Shown in pieces: positions 8,782 to 19,063 of a stretch of 64,000 bases of DNA. Every line of letters begins with the position of its first letter. Positions within the stretch are counted from its first letter, which is position 1. The stretch is taken from positions 186,818 through 250,817 of IMG/VR virus record IMGVR_UViG_3300021338_000003, one strand, 5' to 3'. A model generated the notes under the pieces. The model did no database searches. It was not told the origin of the DNA and saw only the letters and a program-made list of their open reading frames with translations. The position numbers were made by a program, and so were the translations under genes.

Positions 8782-11700
8782 TTGCTATCTCCCTCAGCCC
8801 TCAGTATGTCCGAAGATGATTTCCTTATGCGGATGTTCTACCATGTAGAACCCGAGGACTTGGAGAAGCTCTACCTTTGGGCTGGAGGAGACACAAGAAA
8901 ACTTCGAGAGTTCTTGCAGATCGAGCTGTCAAGCAAGGAACTTGCCCGACGTCTGTATGAATCAGGCGTACAACTCATGCCCGAAGACCTCAAGAGAGCC
9001 AGGGTGGAGAGCCAAGAAGCCGTTCATAAGGCTGTAGCCAAATTCAGTTTGGGGGATGACTTTGACCCCGGTGAACTCATGAGAGAAGCGGCCGAGAAGA
9101 AACTCGACCCCTCGGTGTTTGCCGATATGGATTTTCGGGAAATCCCCAAAGCCAAAAACATCATTGACTGGATTACCAATAGGCAATTCCTCGATGCAGC
9201 GCCATTTCCCCGCCAGGTGCAATTCCTGCTGGCTCTATTTGAGGAGTGGTGCTTCTACTGCTCGGACGCCGAATTCGTCAAAGATATCCATCTCTCCCCT
9301 TATATCGGTGAGGACGGAGAACATCGCCGGGCTTGGACCCTAGATGAAATCCTTGAGCGGGTACAACTCACCGAGCATGGTGTATGCCCCAAATGCCACG
9401 CTACGTATCACCAGACGCTGGCTGACCCGGATGCACCTCACTGCGCCCCTAATGACTTTGCCCTCTGCTTGGGTCAGCGGTGTGTGGGCGCCAATACCAT
9501 CGTCCCCACCAACCAGGGGTTGTCTCCTATATCCCGTTTGGTCCCCCGGAGAGAACCTGATACCTTCTACCCCACCCCTGGACTGGAAGTGGCTAGTGGT
9601 GAGGGTGGGTCCTTGTCAGCGGAATCCTCCTATTATTCAGGGGTCCGGTCGGCCATCCAAATCGAAGCCGAGTGTGGATTTTCTCTTGAGGCCAGCTTGA
9701 TTCATCCCGTCCTTGTATTGAGGGATGACAAACAGGTGTGGGTGAAAGCTTCGGATCTCAATGTAGGGGATGCCCTAGTGGTATACCTTGGAGACAATGT
9801 CTGGGGAGACAAGGCGGAAATTTCCAACCAGGAAGCCTATGAAATGGGGGCCAAAGTGGCCCGGGACCCTACGTATTGGGGCAAGAGAGAAGAAACCATT
9901 TTCCAACATAGGCCGTCAGTTGTGGAGGCTTTTCTCAGGGGTCTTCAGGTAACCAAGGTCAAGAATACTGCGGATTCCCCTTGGAGCCGAAACCAAAAGA
10001 CCACTTCCGAACGCGTCATCTCTACACCCTGGGAGAGTCTGGCCAGGTACGTCCAAGCCGCATACATCAACATGGGTCGATTCCCCTTCGTGACTCGCAA
10101 GGATGGCAAGTTTGTTATCTATGCCGGAGAAACGGCCACTGAAGGAGAGTGGTTCGTACGAGTCACCTCCACTCGATTCATTGGTGACCGACATCTCTTT
10201 GACTTTCACGTCCCAGAGAAGCACCGGTTCGTAGGAAACGGGCTCATCAACCACAACTCGGGTAAATCCCGCGTCGCTGAGTTCATTTCCTCCTACCAAA
10301 ATCATCGATTCCAGATGCTGGCCCCCACTCCCCAACGACACTTCGGGGAAGATCGCACCCAGCAATTCACGGCGATGTTCACGGCCCTAGACCTGGCCCA
10401 GTCCGCTGACACCCTCTGGGGCAATTACCACATCCGACTTCAAACCGCCCCCTGGTTCAAGAAGTATCATGAGTGGCTCGATTACCATGGCAAAAAGATC
10501 GGTGTCGAAATGTATCGCATCAAGGATACATACCATTCCTGGGTACCCACCATTCTACAAGATCGGCTCAAGCCTCCATTCGCCAAAGCCATGCGTGGTC
10601 GTACCGGCTATATGATGGGTATTGATGAGATCGGCATGTTCGCCAAAGCAGAAAACTCGGTACGTGCCAATGCTGAAGAAGTGTTCACTGCCATGAACAA
10701 CACTCTGTTCACTTTGCGCGAGGCATCCGATGCTCTGAACCGGAAGGCAATCCACACTCCTACAGCTCTCATGATTTGTGTATCCAGTCCTTGGGAGCTT
10801 TTGGACAAAATCATGGGTCTCATTCGAGGTGCCAAGGATAACCCCCGTCGTGTGGCCTTCCACTTCCCTACTTGGGAGTGCGTGGCCCCTGATACCCTGG
10901 TTCTGACCCCTGAAGGTCCCCTACCGATTGGGAACATAGCCCAAGAGGAAGGACTTCGGCCAGAATACTCCCGAGTTCATCTTGGCAGCAAGAATTCCTT
11001 TGGCTCGATTTCTCATGCCTTTCGCAGCCCCAAGGAACGATACGTTCGGACCATCACTACCGAAAGTGGCAATAACCTCACCGCCAGCCTAGACCACCGA
11101 ATCCTGTCCATTCAAGATGACGGACGTATCGAGTTCACCAAAATGATGGACCTCAACCCAGAAGACACGGTTCTCGTATCCTGGGAGGGGCTACCCGAGC
11201 CGCAGGAAAACAGCCCGGTACCTGGGTCCACCAAGAAGCTCATTCACAGGCTATATGTACGCCTCGGGGCCGAAAGAGACCCCATGGCAAACCGGTTGCG
11301 GGGTCAGGCCACGGTATACGACATCCGTACTCACTTGGCTCACTTGGAGCGGTCCTACCCTACAGCCTTCCATCGCAACTCGGCCCAGGTGGAAGAACTC
11401 CGAGAGTATTTTGGTCCATACATCTTCACCAAGATCTTCTCCATCACCGAGGGCAAGTCTGTGGTATGTGATATCACGGTACCTGGAGACCACCAGTATT
11501 GGTCCAACGGATTCATCAGCCACAACTGCAATCCCAAGATCTTCCGAGATTCCAAGCAGGTCGTGACCGAGTATGCTGAAGACCCGGTCAAAGCTGACCG
11601 AGATTGGGCTGCCATCCCGCCCCTGGCTGATAACCCGTTCCACCAGAACACGGCCGCGCTAGACCAAATCCTTGAAGACTGCCGGGCCAGAAAGCCCCTG

Positions 11701-12693
11701 TTCGTTCAGGGCATGAAGACCGGGCAGTCCCGGGCAGGGCAACACTATGTGTACGCTGTCCCCAATCAGCTGCAGTCAGACAGGTCTATTCCCCGAATGA
11801 TGACCATTGATGCCGGGGAGGTCAACAACTCTTTCGCCCTGAGCATCTGGTCTGTTGCTCGGGCCAAGTCTCCTGATGTCATGGGTGCCAGGGAGGAGGA
11901 CCTTGGGTATGAGGAGGAAGAGGATGAAGATGTTCGTCGCATCCTTGCACTTCGGGATGAATACGAGGAGGAGGAAACCCAAAGCGAAGGCTCTAAGGGT
12001 ATGTCCGACTACCTCAACCTTGATGGTATCATCGAGGTCATCCCTTTCAAAGACCAGGCTGGTAACCACCACAAGGTCAATTTTAAGAAGATGTACGACC
12101 TCTGCCTATTGCCCCTGGTGAGAAGCCTCAATGTCAAGCTTCTAGTGGCCGACCGGTGGAACATGGCCTCTATCTTTGATGGTCTGAGAGACGAGGGGGT
12201 TGATTGTCACCACTTCACCCTGAAGTGGAAGGACTTCATCGATTTTAAGCAAAAGCTTTCCTCCCGAGAGGTACAATTGCTTGGGTTGGAGAAGCCATAT
12301 GAGTCTATCTTCGACGATTATGAACGGGCCATCTTCAACGCCCCCAACCTCCACCTTGTGGTGCAAACCAAGACCGTGCGACGCACTGGCCGTCAAGTAG
12401 TGAAGCCAAAGGGCGGAACCGACGACCTCTACCGCACCATGGTTCTGGCCCATCGCTTTGCTATGAATGACGACCCCAAGGACCAAGCCTGTGACCCGAA
12501 GGGCGACCCCTATCTGGAAGTCCTGATGAGATATGGCCCCGGTGTGCATCCCCTGAATGCACACCGACCTGGAATCGGTGTAGTCCGTTTGCGGTCGAGC
12601 GGCCGTCCAATAGTCGGAAATAGCCAGGTCCAAGGTGTAGGTGGATTCCACTCGCGTACGCTTTCGGGACGCGCAAGAAAGAAGCGGAGATAG
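8782..12693 (+). CDS. terL: Terminase large subunit with two inteins
   Basis: TTG start; Walker A reconstituted as LGQR|SGKS after intein removal; Walker B MMGIDEIG; nuclease MMTIDAGEVNNSFAL, VADRWN, GGTDDLY; adjacent to portal. Confidence 0.9.
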   Translation: MLSPSALSMSEDDFLMRMFYHVEPEDLEKLYLWAGGDTRKLREFLQIELSSKELARRLYESGVQLMPEDLKRARVESQEAVHKAVAKFSLGDDFDPGELMREAAEKKLDPSVFADMDFREIPKAKNIIDWITNRQFLDAAPFPRQVQFLLALFEEWCFYCSDAEFVKDIHLSPYIGEDGEHRRAWTLDEILERVQLTEHGVCPKCHATYHQTLADPDAPHCAPNDFALCLGQRCVGANTIVPTNQGLSPISRLVPRREPDTFYPTPGLEVASGEGGSLSAESSYYSGVRSAIQIEAECGFSLEASLIHPVLVLRDDKQVWVKASDLNVGDALVVYLGDNVWGDKAEISNQEAYEMGAKVARDPTYWGKREETIFQHRPSVVEAFLRGLQVTKVKNTADSPWSRNQKTTSERVISTPWESLARYVQAAYINMGRFPFVTRKDGKFVIYAGETATEGEWFVRVTSTRFIGDRHLFDFHVPEKHRFVGNGLINHNSGKSRVAEFISSYQNHRFQMLAPTPQRHFGEDRTQQFTAMFTALDLAQSADTLWGNYHIRLQTAPWFKKYHEWLDYHGKKIGVEMYRIKDTYHSWVPTILQDRLKPPFAKAMRGRTGYMMGIDEIGMFAKAENSVRANAEEVFTAMNNTLFTLREASDALNRKAIHTPTALMICVSSPWELLDKIMGLIRGAKDNPRRVAFHFPTWECVAPDTLVLTPEGPLPIGNIAQEEGLRPEYSRVHLGSKNSFGSISHAFRSPKERYVRTITTESGNNLTASLDHRILSIQDDGRIEFTKMMDLNPEDTVLVSWEGLPEPQENSPVPGSTKKLIHRLYVRLGAERDPMANRLRGQATVYDIRTHLAHLERSYPTAFHRNSAQVEELREYFGPYIFTKIFSITEGKSVVCDITVPGDHQYWSNGFISHNCNPKIFRDSKQVVTEYAEDPVKADRDWAAIPPLADNPFHQNTAALDQILEDCRARKPLFVQGMKTGQSRAGQHYVYAVPNQLQSDRSIPRMMTIDAGEVNNSFALSIWSVARAKSPDVMGAREEDLGYEEEEDEDVRRILALRDEYEEEETQSEGSKGMSDYLNLDGIIEVIPFKDQAGNHHKVNFKKMYDLCLLPLVRSLNVKLLVADRWNMASIFDGLRDEGVDCHHFTLKWKDFIDFKQKLSSREVQLLGLEKPYESIFDDYERAIFNAPNLHLVVQTKTVRRTGRQVVKPKGGTDDLYRTMVLAHRFAMNDDPKDQACDPKGDPYLEVLMRYGPGVHPLNAHRPGIGVVRLRSSGRPIVGNSQVQGVGGFHSRTLSGRARKKRR
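9481..10257 (+). mobile_element. Intein 1 in TerL (259 aa, degenerate LAGLIDADG remnant)
   Basis: Starts CVGANTIVPT, ends FVGNGLINHN followed by Ser; inserted within Walker A. Confidence 0.9.
10879..11526 (+). mobile_element. Intein 2 in TerL (216-aa mini-intein)
   Basis: Starts CVAPDTLVLT, block B LTASLDHRIL, ends YWSNGFISHN followed by Cys. Confidence 0.9.
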
Positions 12694-12695
12694 AA

Positions 12696-12983
12696 ATGGC
12701 CAGGAGAAAAACGGATAGGCTTTCTGCTCTAGAACGAGCCGGCTTTCGGACTGGTGAGGCTCGCAAAAACTCCTATGACCAACTTGTAGAGGCATCCCAC
12801 AAGAATCGGATCGAGGCTTTTGTCTATACTCATCCCTCTGGAACTTCCCGGGAGTCTACCGAGGCTGCCCACAGTTGCCCCCGTTGCGGTAAGGACATGA
12901 ATTGGGTTCGCCTGGCCTCCGAAGAGAAGGCTGGATATTGTGTTCCCTGCCGCTACACTCTTCCGGTGCCCCAGGACGACTGA
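12696..12983 (+). CDS. Small Zn-ribbon protein
   Basis: CPRCG...CVPC; lies between terL and portal with a TGATG coupling. Confidence 0.6.
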   Translation: MARRKTDRLSALERAGFRTGEARKNSYDQLVEASHKNRIEAFVYTHPSGTSRESTEAAHSCPRCGKDMNWVRLASEEKAGYCVPCRYTLPVPQDD

Positions 12984-15034
12984 TGTTCAAGACATTCTCG
13001 AATGACAAAAGGTCTGTGTTTGGGTCCGGAACCCCTGCACACGCCATCCGCAAGTCCAAGGGGGCAGCAGCTGTCACCGCCGGCAATATTCGTCGGTCCA
13101 AAAACAGTGAAAGGGACTTCATCAACAAGGTGGTTACTGCCCAATCCGACTTCGGGCTGGACCGATACAACCCGGTGCACGATGACCTTGAGGAAGGATC
13201 GGTTGTTGAGAACTGGGTCCCAAAGGACCTCCCCAGTCTCAATCGGCTGATGCGCCGCATCTATCGTCGAGACGATGTCGGCGGCCCAATGGTCGACATC
13301 TATCAGGAAATGGCATGGTCAGACTACGATCTGACCGGCATGGAAGACGAGGCCATGTACGAGCCATATGCTCAGTCCCTGGCCAACCTCAACCCTATGG
13401 ACTGGATGCCTGATATTTCAAATACCGTCTTGGTGGACGGTCGCGGTATCTATGGTCTCCTGTTCGATGAGGCTGAGGGGGTATTCACAGGCTCTGTCCC
13501 TCATGATTCCTCCTTCTGTCGAATCACCCCTGTCCCTATCTTCGGGCAGGACCCCTTGGTTGACATCCAGGCCAGCCCGGTGTGGCGCAACTTCGCCACC
13601 AGCAACGACCCTCGTATGGCGGAGATGCGAAGCTCCCTGCCCCCGAACATTCTCAAAGTTCTTCGAGACAACACGGGATATACCCCCCTTGATCCTCTGA
13701 GCACCGTCATTGTACGTCGGCAAGCTTCGGCTCATGACCACCTAGGAACCTCAATATACACCCGCCTCATCAACTTCATTGCCATCCAGAAGGCTCTAAT
13801 TGATACCACTGTCATAGCCCTTCGTCGGCGTGGCGCTGGCCTCCTGCATATCCAAGTTGGCAACGAGGTGTGGGAACCTACTGATGACCAGTTGGACGCC
13901 ATCGCCGCCATGTGGATGGGTGCCGAGGAGGACCCGGGCGGTGGTGTTGTGGTGACTCGCAACGGAATCCAAGCAGACCGAAGCCAAAGTGCTGTTGGTG
14001 ACATCTGGAAATTCAGTGACGAATATCCCTTCCTATCCGAGGGGAAGATGCGGTCCTTGGGAATTTCCGATGCCTTTCTATCTGGGGATGCCACGTACAA
14101 TAACATGGCCAACGCCCTGTCGGTCTTCATGGAGCGTCTGCGTGGTTTCCGCATGCGCATCACGAACAAGGTGCTAGTGCAGCGGGTGTTCCACACCCTG
14201 GCTCGGGTCCACGGATATATCAAGCCCGAAAAGAACTCCCCGCAGGGTCGCCGTCAAGCCTTCTTGATGCCTCTACGTCAGGCCCTCGAAGTCCCTGCTG
14301 ACCGCCTCATTGTGCCTGACATCCATTGGCACAAGAGCCTTCAGCCTCAGGGTGATGAGGAGCTGATCCGTCTCCTTGAAACCCTGAAGGAGAACGGACT
14401 GCCGGTCACCAAGCAGCACTTCGCTGCTGCCGCCGGGTTCAACCTCAACAAAGCCATGGATATGCTTGAGGATGACATCAAGCAGGAAGAGGAAGTTCGG
14501 AAGTGGCGAGCTGAGATTGAAGGTGGTGACGAGGAAGGGATTTTTGGTCGGGTCCGTCTCGTACCCCACACCATCCAGCAAATCAAGAAGCCTCGGGAAC
14601 TCCGTGTTGCAGCCTCGAAGGCCCTGGAGGACCTCGGGTTCTTCCGGAACGGACCCTTCCTGGGACTATCTCTCCAGCGTGCCCAACGGGCCCTAGACCG
14701 GATGCTACCCGACCTGAAGAGGGATGGAGAACGGGCACCCTTGCGGACCATCATGGCCGATGTTGACCTGGAACGAGAGCAACGCAATGTTATGCGCTAC
14801 CTCTTGGTCCGACTAGGCTTCGCACCCTCCTACCAAATGAACGACCAGCGCCTCGAAAGAGTGGCTCGGGCTATTGCACAAGCGCTCCCGGCCCGTGAAG
14901 CCCACCAGGAGATTGAGCTTCTAGTGAAGGTCTGCGGGGGTAAGAAGGAGCATTACGCCGAGCGCGTAACACGTCTCCCTAACGGTCCGAGTGGGGCTCA
15001 TCTCCTCACGGGTTATGTTCCGCCAGGAATGTAA
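12983..15034 (+). CDS. Portal protein
   Basis: Position after terL; size; GPMVDIYQEMAWSDY, GTSIYTRL, KMRSLGISDAFLSGDATYNN pattern resembles large-phage portals. Confidence 0.8.
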   Translation: MFKTFSNDKRSVFGSGTPAHAIRKSKGAAAVTAGNIRRSKNSERDFINKVVTAQSDFGLDRYNPVHDDLEEGSVVENWVPKDLPSLNRLMRRIYRRDDVGGPMVDIYQEMAWSDYDLTGMEDEAMYEPYAQSLANLNPMDWMPDISNTVLVDGRGIYGLLFDEAEGVFTGSVPHDSSFCRITPVPIFGQDPLVDIQASPVWRNFATSNDPRMAEMRSSLPPNILKVLRDNTGYTPLDPLSTVIVRRQASAHDHLGTSIYTRLINFIAIQKALIDTTVIALRRRGAGLLHIQVGNEVWEPTDDQLDAIAAMWMGAEEDPGGGVVVTRNGIQADRSQSAVGDIWKFSDEYPFLSEGKMRSLGISDAFLSGDATYNNMANALSVFMERLRGFRMRITNKVLVQRVFHTLARVHGYIKPEKNSPQGRRQAFLMPLRQALEVPADRLIVPDIHWHKSLQPQGDEELIRLLETLKENGLPVTKQHFAAAAGFNLNKAMDMLEDDIKQEEEVRKWRAEIEGGDEEGIFGRVRLVPHTIQQIKKPRELRVAASKALEDLGFFRNGPFLGLSLQRAQRALDRMLPDLKRDGERAPLRTIMADVDLEREQRNVMRYLLVRLGFAPSYQMNDQRLERVARAIAQALPAREAHQEIELLVKVCGGKKEHYAERVTRLPNGPSGAHLLTGYVPPGM

Positions 15035-15043
15035 CAGGGTAGT

Positions 15044-15268
15044 ATGACCATTGGCCAACATCGCCAAGCCCTGGTGGACTTCATGCTCCTCTGGGGCTTT
15101 GACGTATCAGAGACCAACATTCGCACCGACTACGATCGCTTCACAGGAAGGTGGGTGATTGTGTTCGAAAGTTTGGGCCAAGCAACCGAAGGTGACGACG
15201 TGGACGATGCTTTCGCCAGTGCAAAAGGTTTGGTCGAGGATCTTATCAGTATGAGGGTTGTTCACTAG
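15044..15268 (+). CDS. Hypothetical protein
   Basis: ORF between the portal stop and promoter P1. Confidence 0.5.
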   Translation: MTIGQHRQALVDFMLLWGFDVSETNIRTDYDRFTGRWVIVFESLGQATEGDDVDDAFASAKGLVEDLISMRVVH

Positions 15269-15270
15269 GC

Positions 15271-15299
15271 TTGCGTGTTTTGATGTGCCGTGTTATAAT
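15271..15299 (+). promoter_or_regulatory. sigma70-type early promoter P1
   Basis: TTGCGT-17 bp-TATAAT, with gtgccgtgt before the -10 (extended TGn). Confidence 0.8.
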
Positions 15300-15321
15300 A
15301 CTTGTACCAAGGGGGCACCAC

Positions 15322-15834
15322 ATGGCCACGAACAAGCACAGCGTCACCCTCGCCAGCGGCACCACCGAGACCCGCAACAGCAAGACCCGGGTGTACGGAG
15401 CCGCGATGCTCGTCACGGTCACAGAGCGCGTCTGGGAGGTCGAGATTGCTCGCTGTGAGAACAACATCACCAGGGCAAATAAGCAAATCGCCGAGTACCA
15501 GGTGGTGATCAACCGCTTCGACCAGGGATGCCCCACCAAGGAAGACACCAAGTGGGGATGGACCCGCGAGACGTGGCAGGGGTTCATCAATGGGTGTAAT
15601 AAGCGCATCACTGCGAATGAGGCCATCCTGGCTGCCCTTCATGGCCGGGACGCCGAAAAGGTTCGTGACCTGGGCCTCAACTTCCCTGATGTAGGAGCCC
15701 AGGGCATCTGGTCCTGGCATCGTGACGAGGCCCTAGCCCAGAAGGCCGTGAACACCCATCACAACAGGCACAAGAGCAGCGTTGCCACCGTGATCAAGCT
15801 GGTCGACGGCCACGCCAACCTCCAGGAGAAGTGA
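15322..15834 (+). CDS. Early hypothetical protein
   Basis: First ORF after P1; AAGGGGG SD. Confidence 0.65.
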   Translation: MATNKHSVTLASGTTETRNSKTRVYGAAMLVTVTERVWEVEIARCENNITRANKQIAEYQVVINRFDQGCPTKEDTKWGWTRETWQGFINGCNKRITANEAILAALHGRDAEKVRDLGLNFPDVGAQGIWSWHRDEALAQKAVNTHHNRHKSSVATVIKLVDGHANLQEK

Positions 15835-16073
15835 TGAGCCGCCAATTTCCCAACAACGTCCATTGGGAGGCTGCCCTGGCCTCCCCCAATCCCATCATCG
15901 ACCGAGGGTCGTTCTTCACCTGCGGTGACGCCCTTGTCAACTGGTCGAGCTTCGACGCCCACAAGGCCCAGCGGAAGCTCGACCAGGCCGCTCGCCGCCA
16001 CATCCGACAGCAGGAAGCGGCCAAGGGACCCTCGGTGTCCGAACGTCTGGGCCTGGGGGTGCATCGTGGGTAA
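15831..16073 (+). CDS. Early hypothetical protein
   Basis: Start overlaps the upstream stop. Confidence 0.55.
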   Translation: MMSRQFPNNVHWEAALASPNPIIDRGSFFTCGDALVNWSSFDAHKAQRKLDQAARRHIRQQEAAKGPSVSERLGLGVHRG

Positions 16074-16521
16074 GATCACGACCACCCTACCCACCGAGGA
16101 GGGGCTGTACCTCTTCTCGGGTCTGCGGCGCGGTTGGCCCGAAGATATGCGAGATGCCCGAAAGTCCCGTTTCCGGGCCGAAAAAGTCCGCGTCTTCACC
16201 AATGGGGCCGGCAAGCTGATGTACGTTGGCCTGGACGTCTTCTACGAGCCCGAGAGTGCTATCGGGGCCTGGATGCGAATCGATGAATGCGAGGCCCTGG
16301 AGGAGCAGGGGCAGGCCATCGTCGACTACATGACTGCCAAGGAAGCGATGGCCGTCTACATGGAGAAGGAATACCGCCCTCAGGATTGTACCCGAAACAG
16401 GTTCATCGACTTCATGGCCGCCACGTGGCAAAACTTCTACGTCTGGGATGAGGACAGACGTAAGAAGATCGCTGAAATAGCAGTCCGAGAGGGCTGGGCA
16501 AAGGAGGATACTGATGACTGA
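16066..16521 (+). CDS. Early hypothetical protein
   Basis: GTG start within ORF 15925..16521; coupled to neighbours. Confidence 0.55.
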   Translation: MGKITTTLPTEEGLYLFSGLRRGWPEDMRDARKSRFRAEKVRVFTNGAGKLMYVGLDVFYEPESAIGAWMRIDECEALEEQGQAIVDYMTAKEAMAVYMEKEYRPQDCTRNRFIDFMAATWQNFYVWDEDRRKKIAEIAVREGWAKEDTDD

Positions 16522-16846
16522 CAAGCAGGACCGGCTGCAGAGACAGAAGGAGCAGAAGGAGAACGTGGAAGCCTTCCGTTTGGACCATCCCCAAATGGAG
16601 GCATATAAGGATGCCTCTAGTATCCGAGTTTTCATGTTTGACTTGTACCGGGCGGATGGTGTCCATAAGGAGATGATCGGATATCCTGTAGCGTATGTCA
16701 ATGTTTCTACTCAACAGGGGCGATTTCTTCATATTGTTACAAGAAGCAACATCGGAGAATGGCATCGACATACCATCACCATGCTATCCGGAGATAGCAT
16801 GTACACCAAGTGTCACCCGGGTAGCCCGCTCATCCGCTTCGACTAG
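16514..16846 (+). CDS. Early hypothetical protein
   Basis: GGAGG SD. Confidence 0.6.
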   Translation: MTDKQDRLQRQKEQKENVEAFRLDHPQMEAYKDASSIRVFMFDLYRADGVHKEMIGYPVAYVNVSTQQGRFLHIVTRSNIGEWHRHTITMLSGDSMYTKCHPGSPLIRFD

Positions 16847-16855
16847 AAGGAACCC

Positions 16856-17431
16856 ATGGACCCCAAACAGCTGCTGAAGTGGTTCGATAGCCAGGAAATC
16901 TTCGGAATCATGGAGCACCGCAACCGCTTCATTGATTGGACCAATCGCCTCGACAAACGGGTGCGCAAGGCCATCAATGATGGCGACCCTCAACCCATCA
17001 CCCGGGTGTTCATGCTAGGTAAAGAACCACTGGTGCGGGTTACCTGGAGCCTCGCCGCTGGGTGGAACATGGCTCTAGGCCGGGATGATGTGCTCAAGAG
17101 CACTGGAGAACCCACCGTCCGCAAGGCGTCCATCTTGTACCCCGACCTCGACCCAGGTGACCAGGTTGTTGCCGAGGCTATCCGCGAGGATATTGTGGAG
17201 GCAATCACAGCAGTCCTGGACCTTACCACCGACACCGTCATCGTCGAGGCAACCAAGAAGGTTGCTCTCCCTTGGTTCCAGGCCCGTGACAAGCGCGGTG
17301 ATGTCATCGTCGGACGGTGGTATCGCAAGGACCTTGGTGGCCACATCGTGGCTTCTGGAGCGTCTAAGCACAAGTACACGATCGACAGCGATCTCATCAA
17401 GCAGGGATTCACTCTGCTTAACCGGGAATAA
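16856..17431 (+). CDS. Hypothetical protein
   Basis: AAGGA SD; 191-aa ORF. Confidence 0.6.
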   Translation: MDPKQLLKWFDSQEIFGIMEHRNRFIDWTNRLDKRVRKAINDGDPQPITRVFMLGKEPLVRVTWSLAAGWNMALGRDDVLKSTGEPTVRKASILYPDLDPGDQVVAEAIREDIVEAITAVLDLTTDTVIVEATKKVALPWFQARDKRGDVIVGRWYRKDLGGHIVASGASKHKYTIDSDLIKQGFTLLNRE

Positions 17432-17467
17432 CCTCGCCGGAGATCCGGCAAGCATATGGAGAAAGGA

Positions 17468-18745
17468 ATGCGCAAGGTTGCGATTGCTGCTACCGTCATG
17501 GTAGCGATGATTTTGGGACTGTACATGGGTGTACCCAGCACCGAGGCGGAAGCCACCGGGACAAGCTGTGGTACACCGATTCCCGTGTCCCCGGGTTCAC
17601 TGACGCTCGGCCTGTATACCCATGTTGGTGAAACCGGAACCCGTGATGGCTTCGGCACTGTCTGGCAGGCTGACCATGCTGCAGGAGTCGATTCTCGAAA
17701 TGAAGTCCGTTGGGTCTTCGACGATCAGACCACATGGCCCGCGGTTGTGAACAACCTGGCGAGCAAGGGCATCAGTACCAACGGTCACGTGGTCGAAGTC
17801 GCCCTATATACCGAACAGGCAACACCAAGCACTACGCTCTCATACTCTGACGTGATCGGTGCTTCGGTGTTCCTGCGGGCATGGGGCAACTATTATCACC
17901 GGTTCTTCGTACCGAACGGCACCGGTGGCTTCGTAGAGGATACTAGCCTTCAGGACGAAGTGCAGGCAGGATACGGCTACTCCTCGTTGTGGGCGATCGG
18001 TGACCTCTCCACCGACTCCACCAAGCGGGACCTCACCATGTACAAGATGGAGTCCAGCAATCTGCAACGGTGGGACTGGGTGCAGACGACAGACGACCTC
18101 GATTTTGACATCGGGCGCTTGATCGTCACCCATGGCAATGCGAGTTCGGTTGTGGAGATCGTGACTCCCGGCACTACCGATGGTCCTGGTGGACCCATCG
18201 TTCCGGGCGGTACCGGAACCACCAACCAGTGCACCTCGAAGCCTGCGTGCGTGGACCTGGAGAATACGGCACCTGACTGCAACATCGTTCAGGTTGAGTG
18301 CGGTCCGACCGGGAAGACCTACTGGGAAGCCTGCGACTGGTTCGACCTACAAGACAACAACCACATCAACTACGTGGCTGCCGATCAGCAGCTGATGTAC
18401 GACCTGCGCGACCACCTGGTTTCCGACCCGGCGACCGTTCACTACGTTGTTGGTTACTACGGGCTCGGCGCGTTCAACGGAGGGGCTACCACTGCCCAGC
18501 GTGTGGCCGCATACAACCATGCCATCAACGCCGCACGTGTGGTGATGGAGGGCAACCCTAATGACATCGTCATTACGCCGGCCGGTCGAACCGCCTATGT
18601 TGCCTACATCAATACAATGCTCGGTGAGTCGTCTGCCTATGATGTGGTACTCAACCAGGTGAAGGGCAAGATCGATGCGTTGGAAGGTGATACCCGGGCC
18701 GTCTTCTGTACGGATGTCTTCGGCGCCTCCGACTGCAACCTCTGA
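17468..18745 (+). CDS. Predicted secreted protein with a Sec signal peptide and Cys-rich C-terminal domain
   Basis: MRKVAIAATVMVAMILGLYMGVPSTEAEA (basic-hydrophobic-AxA); Gly/Pro/Thr linker; Cys cluster. Confidence 0.65.
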   Translation: MRKVAIAATVMVAMILGLYMGVPSTEAEATGTSCGTPIPVSPGSLTLGLYTHVGETGTRDGFGTVWQADHAAGVDSRNEVRWVFDDQTTWPAVVNNLASKGISTNGHVVEVALYTEQATPSTTLSYSDVIGASVFLRAWGNYYHRFFVPNGTGGFVEDTSLQDEVQAGYGYSSLWAIGDLSTDSTKRDLTMYKMESSNLQRWDWVQTTDDLDFDIGRLIVTHGNASSVVEIVTPGTTDGPGGPIVPGGTGTTNQCTSKPACVDLENTAPDCNIVQVECGPTGKTYWEACDWFDLQDNNHINYVAADQQLMYDLRDHLVSDPATVHYVVGYYGLGAFNGGATTAQRVAAYNHAINAARVVMEGNPNDIVITPAGRTAYVAYINTMLGESSAYDVVLNQVKGKIDALEGDTRAVFCTDVFGASDCNL

Positions 18746-18751
18746 TATCTC

Positions 18752-18785
18752 GTGACCCCATCAACAACGCTGTTGATGGGGTCAC
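18752..18785. terminator. 15-bp perfect inverted repeat
   Basis: gtgaccccatcaaca-acgc-tgttgatggggtcac just after the 18745 stop. Confidence 0.7.
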
Positions 18786-18832
18786 CTGTATCCCCACACC
18801 AAACAGGTTTGATATAGAACATAGGTGAACCG

Positions 18833-19063
18833 GTGAAACCCAGAAACGTGGTCCGTCAAGTGGTGCTTACTGCTCTTACCTCCAGAGAAGAGAAATTGGT
18901 ACCTAAGGCCGAGACGTTTCTTATGGACTGGGTATCTGATGGATGGGGCCCTCTACCTCCTGAAATCCAGGCCATCGATGACAAGGGTGCAGAACCACTA
19001 ACCGATGCTGAAAAGAAGGTTCTCGTAGACTGGTTCTACAAGAACGCCCCGGGGAATTACTGA
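18833..19063 (+). CDS. Small hypothetical protein
   Basis: GTG start; TGATG coupling to the next gene. Confidence 0.5.
   Translation: MKPRNVVRQVVLTALTSREEKLVPKAETFLMDWVSDGWGPLPPEIQAIDDKGAEPLTDAEKKVLVDWFYKNAPGNY

Noticed and set aside
9481-11526. Active homing endonucleases inside the inteins
   Set aside because: Both inteins are short (259 and 216 aa) and lack intact LAGLIDADG acidic residues.
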